Positions 1 to 10,862 of a stretch of 64,000 nt of DNA are shown here, in pieces. Below the pieces are notes generated by a model. That model searched no databases and was not told where the DNA came from. It saw only the letters and a list, made by a program, of their open reading frames with translations. Each line of letters begins with the position of its first letter. Position 1 is the stretch's first letter. The stretch is from contig JAZSCB010000002.1 of the NCBI GenBank assembly GCA_045602705.1, positions 15,054 to 79,053 on the forward strand. The letters are read 5' to 3'. The DNA comes from Alistipes sp. Its GTDB lineage: Bacteria; Bacteroidota; Bacteroidia; Bacteroidales; Rikenellaceae. Both the position numbers and the translations under genes were made by a program.

Positions 1-848
1 GTGTGCATACCCTCCTGGGGCATATCCTCCTGCGTAAGAACGATGGTCAGCTCCTTGGCACGGTCGTTACGATAGTTGAAGAAGATCACCACATCGTTGG
101 GCTGAATACGGCCAATAGCCTTACCCTCTGCATCCACACGCACCACAGGCTTCACGAACTCATCAGTCACCTCGTTGTCGTACGAACGCTGCATTGCGGC
201 AGCCATATCGGTCGAAGCCTCACCCACACCGCTTACCAGCAGGTCATAGGCCACCTTCACGCGCTCCCAACGCTTATCACGGTCCATTGCATAGTAGCGA
301 CCGATGATCGAGGCCACCCGACCGGTCGAGCTCTCGTTCATATGCTTCTCCAAAGCCTCAATGAAACCCTTGCCGCTGCGGGGGTCGGTGTCACGACCAT
401 CCATAAAGCAGTGAACAAAGGTATTCTCCAGGCCATAGGCCTTGGCGATGTCGGTCAGTTTGAAGAGGTGGTCAAGCGACGAGTGCACACCACCATCCGA
501 AACCAAACCCATCAGGTGGAGGTTTACCCCCTGCTCCTTGGCATAAGCGTAGGCAGCCTTCACCTCGGGATTCTCCATAATGGAGTTGTCGGCACAGGCA
601 CGATTGATCTTCACCAGATCCTGATAGACCACGCGTCCTGCACCAATATTGAGATGACCCACCTCCGAGTTACCCATCTGGCCCTCGGGCAGACCCACAT
701 TCTCACCATCGGTACGCAACTCGGCGTGCGGATACTTCTCGCTCATCGCCGTGATATAGGCAGGCTTCATCTGGTAGATCACGTCACCCTTACCGCGGTT
801 GCCGTTGCCCCAGCCATCCAAAATCATCAACAAAACCTTGTTTGCCAT
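1..848 (-). CDS. gpmI: 2,3-bisphosphoglycerate-independent phosphoglycerate mutase, N-terminal ~282 codons (gene runs off the left edge)
   Basis: My own reverse-strand translation from the ATG at 848-846 gives [26 protein letters not shown]...[26 protein letters not shown]...[10 protein letters not shown], the iPGM N-terminal signature. It is open at the window edge, so it is absent from the ORF track. The listed + ORF 3..866 is its antisense shadow. Confidence 0.9.
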   Translation of the reverse strand, partial: MANKVLLMILDGWGNGNRGKGDVIYQMKPAYITAMSEKYPHAELRTDGENVGLPEGQMGNSEVGHLNIGAGRVVYQDLVKINRACADNSIMENPEVKAAYAYAKEQGVNLHLMGLVSDGGVHSSLDHLFKLTDIAKAYGLENTFVHCFMDGRDTDPRSGKGFIEALEKHMNESSTGRVASIIGRYYAMDRDKRWERVKVAYDLLVSGVGEASTDMAAAMQRSYDNEVTDEFVKPVVRVDAEGKAIGRIQPNDVVIFFNYRNDRAKELTIVLTQEDMPQEGMH

Positions 849-895
849 CTTTTTCTATCTTTTTAATCCTAATTAATCCCAACTCTTTTCCTAAA

Positions 896-3517
896 TTACT
901 TCAGCTGCTCGCGTACCAGCTCCACCGCCTTGTCGATTGCAGCCTGCAATGCATTGGCATCCTTGCCACCGGCCGTTGCCAGGAAGGGCTGGCCTCCACC
1001 GCCGCCCTGCATCACCTTGGCAGCCTCACGGACAATCTGACCGGCATTCAGACCCTGCTTCACCATCTGGTCACCCAGGGCAACGGTCAACATCGGCTTC
1101 TCACCATTCTGCGAACCCAGGATCAGCACCAGCTTCTCGCAACGAGCACGCAAAACAAAGGCCAAATCCTTCACAAACTCGGGCAGACGCTCCACCTGGT
1201 GGGCGATCAGCACCATACCCTCCTGCTCGGGAGTCTGGGTCAGCAGTTTGTCGGCCATCGCAGCCACCTGCTCACGGCGCAGCGACTCCACCTCCTTCAA
1301 AAGGGAGTCGTTGCTCTCCATCAGCTTCTTCAGTGCCGGAAGCACCTGCGGATTGTGGAGATACTCCGAGACGTTGCGTACCATATCCTCGGCGGCATAG
1401 AGCATCTTCTCGGCACCCTCGGCCGTTACGGCCTCGATACGGCGCACACCGGCCGAGATAGCACTCTCGGTCACGATCTTGAAGACACCGATCGTACCCG
1501 TTGCCGAAGTGTGGGTACCACCACATAACTCCACCGAGGTACCAAACTTCACCATACGCACCTTATCACCATACTTCTCACCGAAGAGCATCATTGCACC
1601 GGCCGCCTCGGCCTCCTCCTTGGTCGCCTCACGATTCTCAATCAGAGGGTGGTTCGAACGCACGGCCTTGTTCACCAGACGCTCCACCTCACGCAGCTCC
1701 TCGGGGGTCACCTTCTGGAAGTGCGAGAAGTCAAAACGCAGGTAGTCGGGCGTTACAAGCGAGCCCTTCTGCTCGACGTGCGAGCCGAGCACCTTACGCA
1801 GGGCCTCGTGCATCAGGTGGGTAGCGGTGTGGTTGTTGGCAGCAGCCTGACGCTTCTCGCCATTCACCACAGCCATAAACTCGGCAGTGGGATTCTCGGG
1901 CAGCTGATTTACCACGTGGATAATCAAGCCATTCTCCTTCTCGGTAGCCACAACCTCCACCTTCTCGTTGGCCGAGGCGATGTAACCCGTATCACCGATC
2001 TGACCACCCGAGTTTCCGTAGAAGGGGGTCTGATCAAAGACGAGCTGATAGGAGCTCTTGTTCTTCGAGGTTACCTTGCGATAGCGGGCAATCTTGACGG
2101 GGGCCTCCAGCTGGTCATAACCCACAAACTCCGACTGCTTGAGGGGGAAGAGCTCCACCCAGTCATCGGTGTCGATCTGTGCGGCATTGCGCGAACGCTC
2201 CTTCTGGGCCTGCAACTCCTTCTCGAAGCCCTCCAGGTCGATCTCCAGCCCCTGCTCACGCGCAATAAGCTCCGTCAAGTCGATAGGGAAACCGAAGGTA
2301 TCGTAGAGCACGAAGGCCTCCTTGCCGGCAATCTGCTTCTTGCCCGCCTCGCGGGTCTGGGCCATCACGCCATCCAGCAGGTTGATACCCGTGGCCAACG
2401 TACGCAGGAAAGCTGCCTCCTCCTCCTCAATCACACGCTCGATGAGTCCCTGCTGGGCCTTCAGTTCGGGGAACTGGCCACCCATCTGCTCCACCAGGCC
2501 GGCCACCAGGCGGCAGATAAAGGGCTCATTGAAGCCCAGGTAGGTGTAGCCGTAGCGCACGGCACGACGCAGAATACGACGAATCACATAACCCGCCTTC
2601 ACGTTCGAGGGGAGCTGACCATCAGCAATCGAGAAGGAGATGGCACGCAGGTGGTCGGCGATCACACGCATCGCCACGTCGCACTTCTCATCCACGCCAT
2701 AAGTCTTGCCCGACATCTGGGCAATGCGGCCGATGGTAGGCTGGAATACGTCGGTATCGTAGTTCGACTTCTTGTTCTGCAGAATCATACAGAGACGCTC
2801 GAAGCCCATACCCGTATCGATATTCTTGGCAGCCAGAGGCTCCAGCGAGCCGTTAGCCTTACGGTTGAACTGCATAAACACCAGGTTCCAGATCTCGATC
2901 ACCAGGGGCGAGGACTGATTCACCATCTCGCGACCGGGGATCTTGGCAACCTCCTCCTCGTCACGCAGATCGTAGTGGATCTCCGAGCAGGGACCGCAGG
3001 GACCCGTCTCACCCATCTCCCAGAAGTTGTCGTGCTTGTTGCCGCGGATGATGTGATCCTCGGGCAGGTACTGCTTCCAGTAGTCGTAAGCCTCCTGGTC
3101 GAAGGGGACACCATCCTCCTCCGAGCCCTCAAACACGGTGGCATACATTCGGCTCTTATCGAGTTTGTAAACCTCGGTGAGCAACTCCCAGGCCCAGGCG
3201 ATGGCCTCCTTCTTGAAGTAGTCGCCATAGGACCAGTTACCCAGCATCTCGAACATCGTGTGGTGATAGGTATCGTGACCTACCTCCTCCAGGTCGTTGT
3301 GCTTACCCGACACACGGAGACACTTCTGCGTATCGGCCGCGCGAGGATACTTGCGGGGGGCATTGCCCAGGAAGATATCCTTAAACTGGTTCATACCGGC
3401 ATTGGTAAACATCAGGGTAGGATCGTTCTTTACGACCATCGGGGCCGAAGGAACAATGGCGTGGCCCTTCTCTTCAAAGAAGTCCAAAAAGGCCTGGCGG
3501 ATTTTATTCGATTCCAT
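896..3517 (-). CDS. alaS: alanine--tRNA ligase
   Basis: The 905-aa ORF reads as a typical AlaRS from the internal Met at 3517: [28 protein letters not shown]..., [11 protein letters not shown], and the editing-domain motif [12 protein letters not shown]. The 32 codons upstream look non-coding. A TAATTTTG -7 box lies at 3560-3567. Confidence 0.97.
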   Translation of the reverse strand: MESNKIRQAFLDFFEEKGHAIVPSAPMVVKNDPTLMFTNAGMNQFKDIFLGNAPRKYPRAADTQKCLRVSGKHNDLEEVGHDTYHHTMFEMLGNWSYGDYFKKEAIAWAWELLTEVYKLDKSRMYATVFEGSEEDGVPFDQEAYDYWKQYLPEDHIIRGNKHDNFWEMGETGPCGPCSEIHYDLRDEEEVAKIPGREMVNQSSPLVIEIWNLVFMQFNRKANGSLEPLAAKNIDTGMGFERLCMILQNKKSNYDTDVFQPTIGRIAQMSGKTYGVDEKCDVAMRVIADHLRAISFSIADGQLPSNVKAGYVIRRILRRAVRYGYTYLGFNEPFICRLVAGLVEQMGGQFPELKAQQGLIERVIEEEEAAFLRTLATGINLLDGVMAQTREAGKKQIAGKEAFVLYDTFGFPIDLTELIAREQGLEIDLEGFEKELQAQKERSRNAAQIDTDDWVELFPLKQSEFVGYDQLEAPVKIARYRKVTSKNKSSYQLVFDQTPFYGNSGGQIGDTGYIASANEKVEVVATEKENGLIIHVVNQLPENPTAEFMAVVNGEKRQAAANNHTATHLMHEALRKVLGSHVEQKGSLVTPDYLRFDFSHFQKVTPEELREVERLVNKAVRSNHPLIENREATKEEAEAAGAMMLFGEKYGDKVRMVKFGTSVELCGGTHTSATGTIGVFKIVTESAISAGVRRIEAVTAEGAEKMLYAAEDMVRNVSEYLHNPQVLPALKKLMESNDSLLKEVESLRREQVAAMADKLLTQTPEQEGMVLIAHQVERLPEFVKDLAFVLRARCEKLVLILGSQNGEKPMLTVALGDQMVKQGLNAGQIVREAAKVMQGGGGGQPFLATAGGKDANALQAAIDKAVELVREQLK

Positions 3518-3559
3518 ATATACGATTTTTACTATTACTTCGTTTTTCAATTCGGGTTG

Positions 3560-3567
3560 CAAAATTA
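3560..3567 (-). promoter_or_regulatory. -7 promoter box TAATTTTG (alaS)
   Basis: CAAAATTA on the + strand lies 43 nt upstream of the alaS ATG (3517). Confidence 0.5.
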
Positions 3568-3579
3568 CACAATTTACGC

Positions 3580-3587
3580 TAAATTTG
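3580..3587 (+). promoter_or_regulatory. -7 promoter box TAAATTTG (M23 peptidase pair)
   Basis: An exact match lies 28 nt upstream of the ATG at 3615. It is divergent from the alaS promoter. Confidence 0.5.
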
Positions 3588-3614
3588 CACCATAATAAGG
3601 TATATTTTTCCAAA

Positions 3615-4622
3615 ATGGAGCAAAAAGAGGTCCGTCAAGAGAGCATTGAACAACAAAGCGAGGCAGCCAAGGCCCCGTTGCGGGTTCGTGTCGGACGCAT
3701 TGTTCGCAAACTTCTGCTCGGCTTCATCTTCATTTCACTCATCAACGGGCTCTTCTCCTACTTCTTCTACACCCCCAAGATGTACCGCATCAACCGCGAA
3801 AACCGCGACCTGGTGATCCGTTATCACATCCTGCAGGACAAGATGCGGGGTCTGGAGCGAGACTTGCGAGAGATCAACCACCGCGACAACTACGTCTATC
3901 GCGCCCTCTTCTCGACCGATACGCTCCACATCGAGGGGATCAAGAGTCCCTACCCCGACTCGAAATATGCCCCGCTGGAGGCGGATATCCACGCCTCGCT
4001 GTTGATCAGCACTTGGAAACAGATGGATGCCCTGGCCCGCGAGCTCTATGCCCAGTCGGTTTCGCTCGACGAGCTGCAGCTCCTCTCCAAGAACAAGGAG
4101 GGGCTCTCGATGGCCGTGCCGGCCCTCTGGCCCATCGACCGCACCCTGCTCCGCAAGGGTATCGACCCCTTCGGTTGGCGCATCCACCCCATCTACCACC
4201 GCCGTATCTTCCACAAGGGAGTCGATCTGCCGGGCACCATCGGTGACCCCATCTACGCCACGGGCGATGCCACGGTGGAGAGCATCGACGAGCGCAACTC
4301 GCGACGCGGCTATGGCCGTCAGATTCTGCTGGATCACGAATTTGGCTACAAAACCCGCTACGCCCATCTCAACAAGGTCTATGTCAAACCGGGCGAAAAG
4401 GTGGTACGCGGCCAGCTGATCGGCGAGCTGGGGCGCACGGGTGGTGTGACAGGCCCCCACCTTCACTACGAGGTGATTCACCAGGGCGAGGTGGTCAATC
4501 CGATCAACTATTTCAACAAGAATATGACACCCGAGGAGTACGAGCGCATTATGGCCGAGGTGCGTGAGCAGAACCTCGAAAAATTCGACGAACAGAATGG
4601 CACGACGCAATACCAACCCTAA
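3615..4622 (+). CDS. M23 (LytM-type) family metallopeptidase with N-terminal membrane anchor
   Basis: The ATG at 3615 (MEQKEVRQ...) follows a -7 box. There is a TM segment ([20 protein letters not shown]) and C-terminal M23 motifs HKGVDL and GPHLHYEV. The longer track ORF from 3297 is antisense to alaS. Confidence 0.85.
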   Translation: MEQKEVRQESIEQQSEAAKAPLRVRVGRIVRKLLLGFIFISLINGLFSYFFYTPKMYRINRENRDLVIRYHILQDKMRGLERDLREINHRDNYVYRALFSTDTLHIEGIKSPYPDSKYAPLEADIHASLLISTWKQMDALARELYAQSVSLDELQLLSKNKEGLSMAVPALWPIDRTLLRKGIDPFGWRIHPIYHRRIFHKGVDLPGTIGDPIYATGDATVESIDERNSRRGYGRQILLDHEFGYKTRYAHLNKVYVKPGEKVVRGQLIGELGRTGGVTGPHLHYEVIHQGEVVNPINYFNKNMTPEEYERIMAEVREQNLEKFDEQNGTTQYQP

Positions 4623-5541
4623 ACCCCGACGCACTCTCCGCCAGAAGTTGATTCGCGGCGTGGTCTCGGCCTTTGGTTGGCTCGGGGCCATCACCCTCTA
4701 CTATGTGGTCTATTCGCTCTTCTTCGACACCCCGACCGAGTATCTGATGAAACACTCGACCGACCGCCTGCGTAGCGAATACGAGCTGCTGGAACAGCGG
4801 TACGACAGTCTGAAGATGGTGGCCGACAACATTGCCGAACGCGACAAGAACATCTTCCGCATCCTCTTTGAATCAGACCCCTATGACCTGGATGCCGAGC
4901 GACTCAGTGAGCAGCACTCGCGTTACGAGGAGCTGCAGGCCCAATCCTCCTACCGCCTGCGCCGCGAATTGCGCGACCGTACCCGGGAGATGGAGGAGGA
5001 GTTGCGTCTGCTCGACGACTCTTACCTCGCCCTGGAGCAGCAGATCGAACTCCTGGGCGATGCCAGCAACCGCATCCCGGCCATTCAGCCCGTCATCAAC
5101 GAGCAGTTGAGCCTGCTGACCGCCTCCTATGGTATGCGTATTCACCCCTTCTACAAGACCCTGAAGTCGCACCAAGGGGTGGATTACACCATTCCGGAAG
5201 GGTCGCGCGTCTTTGCCACGGCCGACGGCGTGGTAAAGAGCATTACCACCCGCAGCTCCACCTCGGGTCAGACGGTGGTAATCGACCACCAAAACGGTTT
5301 TGAAACCTCTTACAGCCACCTCGGCAAGATCAACGTCAAGCGCGGCGAGAAGGTGCAGCGTGGCGACATCATCGCCCTCTCGGGCAACACCGGGCTCTCG
5401 CTGGCCCCCCACCTCCACTACGAGGTGCGCCACAACGGAATGCGGGTCGACCCCATCCACTACTTCTTTATGGAGCTCTCGCCCGCCGAGTATCAACGCA
5501 TCATCCGCATTGCCCAATCGGGTATGCAATCCTTCGACTGA
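4597..5541 (+). CDS. M23 (LytM-type) family metallopeptidase, tandem paralog
   Basis: The ATG at 4597 ([10 protein letters not shown]) overlaps the upstream stop by 26 nt; an alternative GTG lies at 4564. A TM segment and a coiled-coil-like middle region are followed by HQGVDY and APHLHYEV motifs. Confidence 0.85.
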   Translation: MARRNTNPKPRRTLRQKLIRGVVSAFGWLGAITLYYVVYSLFFDTPTEYLMKHSTDRLRSEYELLEQRYDSLKMVADNIAERDKNIFRILFESDPYDLDAERLSEQHSRYEELQAQSSYRLRRELRDRTREMEEELRLLDDSYLALEQQIELLGDASNRIPAIQPVINEQLSLLTASYGMRIHPFYKTLKSHQGVDYTIPEGSRVFATADGVVKSITTRSSTSGQTVVIDHQNGFETSYSHLGKINVKRGEKVQRGDIIALSGNTGLSLAPHLHYEVRHNGMRVDPIHYFFMELSPAEYQRIIRIAQSGMQSFD

Positions 5542-5542
5542 T

Positions 5543-6109
5543 ATGCAACTGCGTCTTATTTTGGTCGATTTCGACGGTACGCTGGCCGACACCCGTCGTG
5601 CCAATGCGCGTGCCTATGTGGCGGCCCTGCGCGAGGAGGGCTTTGCGATGAGTGAGGAAGAGTATCTCTCCCGCCACTTCGGGGTGCGCTGCCCCGATTT
5701 CCTCCACTCACTGGGCTTCACCGATTCCGCCACCATCGACCGCATCCGCCGCCGCAAAATCGCCCTCTACCCCACCTTTTTTGACTCCGTGAAGCTCAAC
5801 AAACCGCTTTGGGAGTTCTGCCAGCACTTCCGCCGCCAGGGCGGTCGTGTATGGATTGTATCAACAGGGCAACCCGACAATTTGAAGAATGCAATGCGCT
5901 ACCTGGGGCTGGAACAGGGGGTGGACGGTATCCTCTCATCCGACGATGTAGAGCAGCACAAACCCCATCCCGACGCCTTTTTGAAGGCGATGGAGATCGA
6001 GGGTTGCAGCCCCGCAGAGACGCTCATTTTTGAGGATTCGGCCGTAGGATTGGAGGCGGCCCGCCGATCGGGTGCCGCCTGGATGAAGGTCAATTGGGAT
6101 CGAGAATAG
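5543..6109 (+). CDS. HAD-superfamily hydrolase (phosphatase-like, subfamily IA type)
   Basis: The ATG at 5543 lies 1 nt after the upstream stop. The product starts MQLRLILVDFDGTLADT (DxDGT nucleophile motif) and has a later EDSAVGLEAA motif typical of HAD-IA. Confidence 0.85.
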   Translation: MQLRLILVDFDGTLADTRRANARAYVAALREEGFAMSEEEYLSRHFGVRCPDFLHSLGFTDSATIDRIRRRKIALYPTFFDSVKLNKPLWEFCQHFRRQGGRVWIVSTGQPDNLKNAMRYLGLEQGVDGILSSDDVEQHKPHPDAFLKAMEIEGCSPAETLIFEDSAVGLEAARRSGAAWMKVNWDRE

Positions 6110-6128
6110 AGATTCCTCTACCCGAGAA

Positions 6129-7514
6129 TTAATCGTTGAGTATCAAGATTTCGCTTGCTGCAGGATGGAAATCCGGCGAGAGCGACAGCACCATTGCGCG
6201 GTTGCGCGACTCTTCGCCCGTGCCGAAGTCGAAGTCGTCAGCCGTATGGAATGCCACGGGATAGTCTCCCGCAAAGCCAAAGCGAGCATAAAACTCGCGC
6301 AAACCCTCTCCGGCCGGAATAAGCACCAAGGCCTCAAAACCCTCCGTTCGAGCCTGCGCAATCGCCTCCCGCACCAAACGGGAGGCTAATCCCCGACCTC
6401 GTGCCTCGGGGGCAGTCGCCACCCCATAGAGGTAGGCCACGCGTTGTTCACCCACACGAAACGGGATCAGATGGAGCATCGCCACCAAGCGGCCCGACGC
6501 CTCCACACGAAGTATCTGTCGGGGGTGGTAGTGACGCATCAGGAAGGTATCGATAAAGGACTCCTCATCCCCAAACACCTCCTGCCAAAGCTCCTTACAG
6601 GCCCGCTCTTCAGGGGTCAGGAGGATGGCCGAGGTCTTGGGCCAAAGAATCACGGGATAGTAGGAGAGTTTCGAGCGACGCAACCCCTCCAACCCCATAT
6701 CCTCTTCACGATTGACATAGGTAAATTGAGCCGGCAGACTCTCGACAAAGAGTTTGTTAATAGCCGCGAAGACCCCCTCAAACCGAGTATCGGCCTTCTC
6801 GATATGGCAGTCGAAAGTGTCATAGTTGATCGCCGATCCATAGGTAAAGGCGACCAGCTGTTCCTCTACATAGAGCACCCCACCCCGCAGATCGAGCTCC
6901 GCCCAATGGTCAAAAGCCTCCCGCAAGGCCCGCTCCTCGTGGCGCATCGCCTCGCTGTCGCCACTGCTCGTACGGGTTGCCCGCCACGCTGCCTCCAAGC
7001 GCAGGCACTCGGCGAAATGTTTGGGTGCAAGAGGCTCATAACGATAGTTATAGCGGGAGGTGAAGCGGTTGAGGTGGTTCCGTTTGGGCTGATATTTGCG
7101 GCCCGCCAGCGAGCGCAGATCCTCGGCCAGGTAGATGTAGTCGGAGAGCGAGCGATCGTCATCGAAGGCGAAATCGCCTGTACCCCGATCAGTGATGGTG
7201 CGGCGGCCCTCCCGGCAGAGGCCGTAGAGGCGAAGTCGCTGTCCGAAGTTGCGATGGGCATCCTCGGCCAAGAGGGGAAGAATCGGGAAGAAATCCCCCT
7301 CCCCGATGGGCTGCATATAGCCCACCCGCTCCCGACCATCGATCAAAAAGCGAATCACCAGAAAACCCTCCACTACAGCCCAGGCACTTTGATGAAAGTG
7401 TCGCCACGAGAAGATGTTGGCAAACGACATATCGCAGTTGCGACACTCGCTCTTCAGGGTATAGGCCTCAATGGCAGCCTTGTCGGCCAGCTCTACGGGT
7501 TTGAAGGGGATCAT
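6129..7514 (-). CDS. DUF2156 (MprF C-terminal-like) domain fused to a GNAT acetyltransferase domain
   Basis: The N-terminal ~300 aa (CDMSFANIFSWRHFHQSAWAVVEGFLVIRF...) resemble the DUF2156 / aminoacyl-phosphatidylglycerol-synthase-like family. The C-terminal ~150 aa form a GNAT with an acetyl-CoA loop (ARGRGLASRLV). The start overlaps the upstream stop as ATGA. Confidence 0.75.
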   Translation of the reverse strand: MIPFKPVELADKAAIEAYTLKSECRNCDMSFANIFSWRHFHQSAWAVVEGFLVIRFLIDGRERVGYMQPIGEGDFFPILPLLAEDAHRNFGQRLRLYGLCREGRRTITDRGTGDFAFDDDRSLSDYIYLAEDLRSLAGRKYQPKRNHLNRFTSRYNYRYEPLAPKHFAECLRLEAAWRATRTSSGDSEAMRHEERALREAFDHWAELDLRGGVLYVEEQLVAFTYGSAINYDTFDCHIEKADTRFEGVFAAINKLFVESLPAQFTYVNREEDMGLEGLRRSKLSYYPVILWPKTSAILLTPEERACKELWQEVFGDEESFIDTFLMRHYHPRQILRVEASGRLVAMLHLIPFRVGEQRVAYLYGVATAPEARGRGLASRLVREAIAQARTEGFEALVLIPAGEGLREFYARFGFAGDYPVAFHTADDFDFGTGEESRNRAMVLSLSPDFHPAASEILILND

Positions 7515-9406
7515 TCGACCAGATAACGTTGTTCCGAGATGTGTTGATAATATTGTTGCTCAAGGGCCTTGAGCCAGCGGCCCTCCTCCTCGTCGGGCAG
7601 GGCTCCTTCGGCAAAGTGACGGGCCCCTTCGGGGGTCACCAGTTGAAACCCATTCTCATAGCTCACGGCATAGGCCGGACGCTCCGGCTCACCGAAAATG
7701 TCCCGACCAAAGGCAAAATAGGGCTCCTGATTTCCCAAAAGGCCCAACAGCGTGGGCATCAGATCAATCTGCTGCACAGGCTCCTCACTGGATCCCTGCA
7801 GGCGGCTTCCCGGGGCATAGAGGAATCCGATGATGTGGTGATCTCCCGGCCAGCGGCGCGCCTCGGGGCTGTATCGCTCCGAAGAGACGTGGTCGGCCAC
7901 GAAGAGAAAGATCGTACGCTCCATCCACTCCGCATCGCGGTAGCGTTCAAAGAAGCGACGGAAGGCCCAATCATCATAGGCCGCCGGACGATGGATCGGA
8001 ATATGCCCGACCGGCAAGAGTTCCTCCAGCTCTTCGGGAACCACAAAGGGGTGGTGAGCCGTCAACGTGAACAAGGTTGCAAAAAAAGGCTCCTTGAAGT
8101 TAGAGATCTCCTCCCCCATAAAGGCGAGGAACTTCTCATCCCAGATTCCCCAATAGCCGTCGAAGTCGTTGGTACCATAACGAGCCTCATACTCCTCCCG
8201 GGCATAGAGCTCCTCGATACCGGCCGAACGGGCATAGGCACCGAAGCCCATCGATCCCGACTCCGAACCACAGAAGAAGGCGGTATGATACCCCTTGTCG
8301 CGCAGGATGCGGGGCAGCTGACGGCTCTTGCCCAGCGACTGAGGCATCAACACAAAGGGTGTTTTGAAGGAGGGGATGCTCCCCAGCACGGAGGGCATAC
8401 CCTGAATCGAACGCATTCCGTTGGCATACATTCGTTTGAAGCAGTAGCCAGCACGCATCAGCGAGTCGAGGAAGGGGGTGAAACCGGTCTCTCCCTGCTC
8501 AGCGTAGAGGTCGGGGCGCAGATGGGCCGAGTGTTCGGCCGACATACTCTCGCAGATGAAAATCACCACGTTACGGCCCTGCAATCCCAGGGTGTCAGGA
8601 CGCTCCTCCGGGTAGTGATCCGGGGTAAAATAACACTCCACCTCCTCCTTCGGGAAGTGATTGGGAACCAACACCTTGCTATTGCTTGATGCGGTACGCA
8701 GAATGCAGAAGGGGTTACTCAGGATCAAATTGGCCTGGATCGGCGAAGGGGTATAGAGGGTGGCATTGGAGAGGGTGATCGGGCGCGTCATACGGGTAAA
8801 ACCACCACGAATACCTCCGATCGAGAGCCCCACGGCAAGCAGCAAAACTACCAAGGCTGTCGGATAGTAGGCCCAGGGGCGACGCAACGGAGAGCGAGGC
8901 ATCTGCTTCGGAGCCGCCGCCCACACCAAAAGGGCGATCAGCGCCACTCCGCCCACCACCAGCCACCAATTTTCGGCAGCGAACTTGACGATCAGTTGCA
9001 GCGAATTGCTGTTGTCGGCAAAGAAGAGTTCATCGGCCGTCAATCGCTTCTGCGTATAGTTGAAATAGACGACATCCGAGAGATTGAGGATCACCATCAC
9101 ACCCCCCACCAGGGCATAAAGTCCGAAGAGGAGGTGCTGCCAAAGGCGACTTTCACGCAACGCGAGGGGGAGGGGCAGGAGCGAAAGCACCAGCCAGAGC
9201 CCCTCGGCATAGAGGATCGAGACGGTGTCAAACTGCAGGGCTCCCCGTAACAGGGGCCACCACGCCTCCACCTCGCCCAGCAGCTCTCGGTTGCCGATCC
9301 AGAAGATCAGACGACAAAGCATCAGCACGACGTAGAGCAGAGCCATACGTCGTACTGCAAGGCCGAAATGGCTGTTCCAGAGACTCTTCATCGAGAAAAT
9401 CAGCAC
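7511..9406 (-). CDS. LtaS/OpgB-like sulfatase-superfamily phosphoglycerol transferase (membrane protein)
   Basis: Several N-terminal TM segments are followed by an alkaline-phosphatase/sulfatase-fold domain (VVIFICESMSAEHS, FLFVADHVSSE). An alternative Met at 9391 would remove the 7-nt overlap with nadC. Confidence 0.8.
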   Translation of the reverse strand: MLIFSMKSLWNSHFGLAVRRMALLYVVLMLCRLIFWIGNRELLGEVEAWWPLLRGALQFDTVSILYAEGLWLVLSLLPLPLALRESRLWQHLLFGLYALVGGVMVILNLSDVVYFNYTQKRLTADELFFADNSNSLQLIVKFAAENWWLVVGGVALIALLVWAAAPKQMPRSPLRRPWAYYPTALVVLLLAVGLSIGGIRGGFTRMTRPITLSNATLYTPSPIQANLILSNPFCILRTASSNSKVLVPNHFPKEEVECYFTPDHYPEERPDTLGLQGRNVVIFICESMSAEHSAHLRPDLYAEQGETGFTPFLDSLMRAGYCFKRMYANGMRSIQGMPSVLGSIPSFKTPFVLMPQSLGKSRQLPRILRDKGYHTAFFCGSESGSMGFGAYARSAGIEELYAREEYEARYGTNDFDGYWGIWDEKFLAFMGEEISNFKEPFFATLFTLTAHHPFVVPEELEELLPVGHIPIHRPAAYDDWAFRRFFERYRDAEWMERTIFLFVADHVSSERYSPEARRWPGDHHIIGFLYAPGSRLQGSSEEPVQQIDLMPTLLGLLGNQEPYFAFGRDIFGEPERPAYAVSYENGFQLVTPEGARHFAEGALPDEEEGRWLKALEQQYYQHISEQRYLVE

Positions 9407-10251
9407 GCCTTAAGCGACATATCGAGCGAACGGATCTGGTGGGTCAGAGCACCCACCGAGATGAAATCAACACCGCAGGCGGCATAGTCGGTCAGGGTCT
9501 CCAGCGTGATGCCGCCACTCGACTCCGTCTCACAGCGACCGGCCACCTTCTCCACCGCCAGACGCGTCATCTCGGGGCTGAAATTATCGAACATAATGCG
9601 ATCCACACCACCGGCGGCAAAGACCTTGTCGATATCCTCCAACGAGCGCACCTCGCACTCAATGGGAATCTGCTTGCCCTTCGCCTTAAGGTACTCCTTG
9701 GCACCCAGCACCGCCTTCTCCACACCACCGGCAAAGTCGATGTGGTTATCCTTCAGCAGGATCATATCGAAGAGACCGATGCGGTGATTCTCGCCACCAC
9801 CGATCTTCACAGCCATCTTATCCAGCACACGCATACCGGGCGTGGTCTTACGCGTATCAAGCACCTTGGTCTTGTAGCCCTTCAGGCGATCGGCATAGAC
9901 GGCCGTCTGGGTGGCAACACCGCTCATACGCTGCATAATGTTGAGCAGGATGCGCTCGGCGCGCAACAGCGACTGCAAACGGCCCTCCACATAGAAGGCC
10001 ACATCGCCCGGCTTCACACGCGTACCATCGGCCAGCACCGGCTCAAAGCGCATCTCAGGATCGAGGCGGCGTAGCACCAACTCGGCCACCTCCACGCCGG
10101 CCAAAATACCCTCCTGCTTGCACAGAAGACGCATACGGCCCTGCTCCTCCGAGGGAATACAGCACAATGAGGTGTGATCGCCATCACCGATATCCTCCTT
10201 GATGGCCAACTCAATCAGTTCATCCACAAAAGGTTTGTACTCTACTTTCAT
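9400..10251 (-). CDS. nadC: nicotinate-nucleotide diphosphorylase (carboxylating)
   Basis: The 283-aa ORF has the typical QAPRTase layout: DIGDGDHTS, LDTRKTTPG, LLKDNHIDFAGG, and a C-terminal SGGITLET...ISVGALTHQ. Confidence 0.95.
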   Translation of the reverse strand: MKVEYKPFVDELIELAIKEDIGDGDHTSLCCIPSEEQGRMRLLCKQEGILAGVEVAELVLRRLDPEMRFEPVLADGTRVKPGDVAFYVEGRLQSLLRAERILLNIMQRMSGVATQTAVYADRLKGYKTKVLDTRKTTPGMRVLDKMAVKIGGGENHRIGLFDMILLKDNHIDFAGGVEKAVLGAKEYLKAKGKQIPIECEVRSLEDIDKVFAAGGVDRIMFDNFSPEMTRLAVEKVAGRCETESSGGITLETLTDYAACGVDFISVGALTHQIRSLDMSLKAC

Positions 10252-10282
10252 TTTATCCTCTTTTTTTGATTTGACAACGAAA

Positions 10283-10843
10283 TTAATCGATCAACTCCTC
10301 CATCGGGGTCGAGTTCGTCACCCACTTACCCACATAGTTCACGTGCATCGAGTAGCAGTCGAAATCGACCACCAGCTCTTTAGCAGCATACTTGTAATCA
10401 CCCACCAGGTTAGAGATGGTGTACTTGCCATCACCCATTGGATCGTAGGGCTGGCCCATATAATAGGGGATCATCTCATCCACACCAAAGGTAAAGTCCC
10501 ACTCCTGGTCGAGCAGTTGCAGTTCGGCCAGACCGGGCAACTCCAGCGCAATCCAGACAGGCATCTCCTTCACAAACTTGATCTGGGGCATCGACAGGTT
10601 GACATAGTTCAGATCCGAGTTCTGCTCCGAAGCGACATCCTCGGTAAGGATAAACTCGATCTCATCGGCATCAAAGGCCTCGAAACGGCTCCCCTCGTTG
10701 GGAGTCACGGTGAGTTTGCCCACAAAATTGACAGCCCCCGGCACACCGGGCGTCGGATCATCATTCGGCACATCATCATTGTTGCAGGCCACGAAAAAGA
10801 GCCCCAGGGCCATCATCAAAAACAACTTTTTCATATTTTTCAA
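10283..10843 (-). CDS. small lipoprotein, calycin/lipocalin-like (uncharacterised)
   Basis: It has a lipoprotein signal (LGLFFVAC-NNDD) with acidic residues after the Cys. It lies 19 nt downstream of a TonB-dependent receptor. The beta-rich sequence has no enzymatic motifs that I recognise. Confidence 0.65.
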   Translation of the reverse strand: MKNMKKLFLMMALGLFFVACNNDDVPNDDPTPGVPGAVNFVGKLTVTPNEGSRFEAFDADEIEFILTEDVASEQNSDLNYVNLSMPQIKFVKEMPVWIALELPGLAELQLLDQEWDFTFGVDEMIPYYMGQPYDPMGDGKYTISNLVGDYKYAAKELVVDFDCYSMHVNYVGKWVTNSTPMEELID

Positions 10844-10862
10844 CGAGTTTCAAATAAATAAA

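Noticed and set aside
1649-3595. A 648-aa + ORF lies antisense to alaS, and the + ORF 3..866 lies antisense to gpmI.
   Set aside because: The opposite strand encodes textbook AlaRS and iPGM sequences. The + translations are compositionally biased nonsense.
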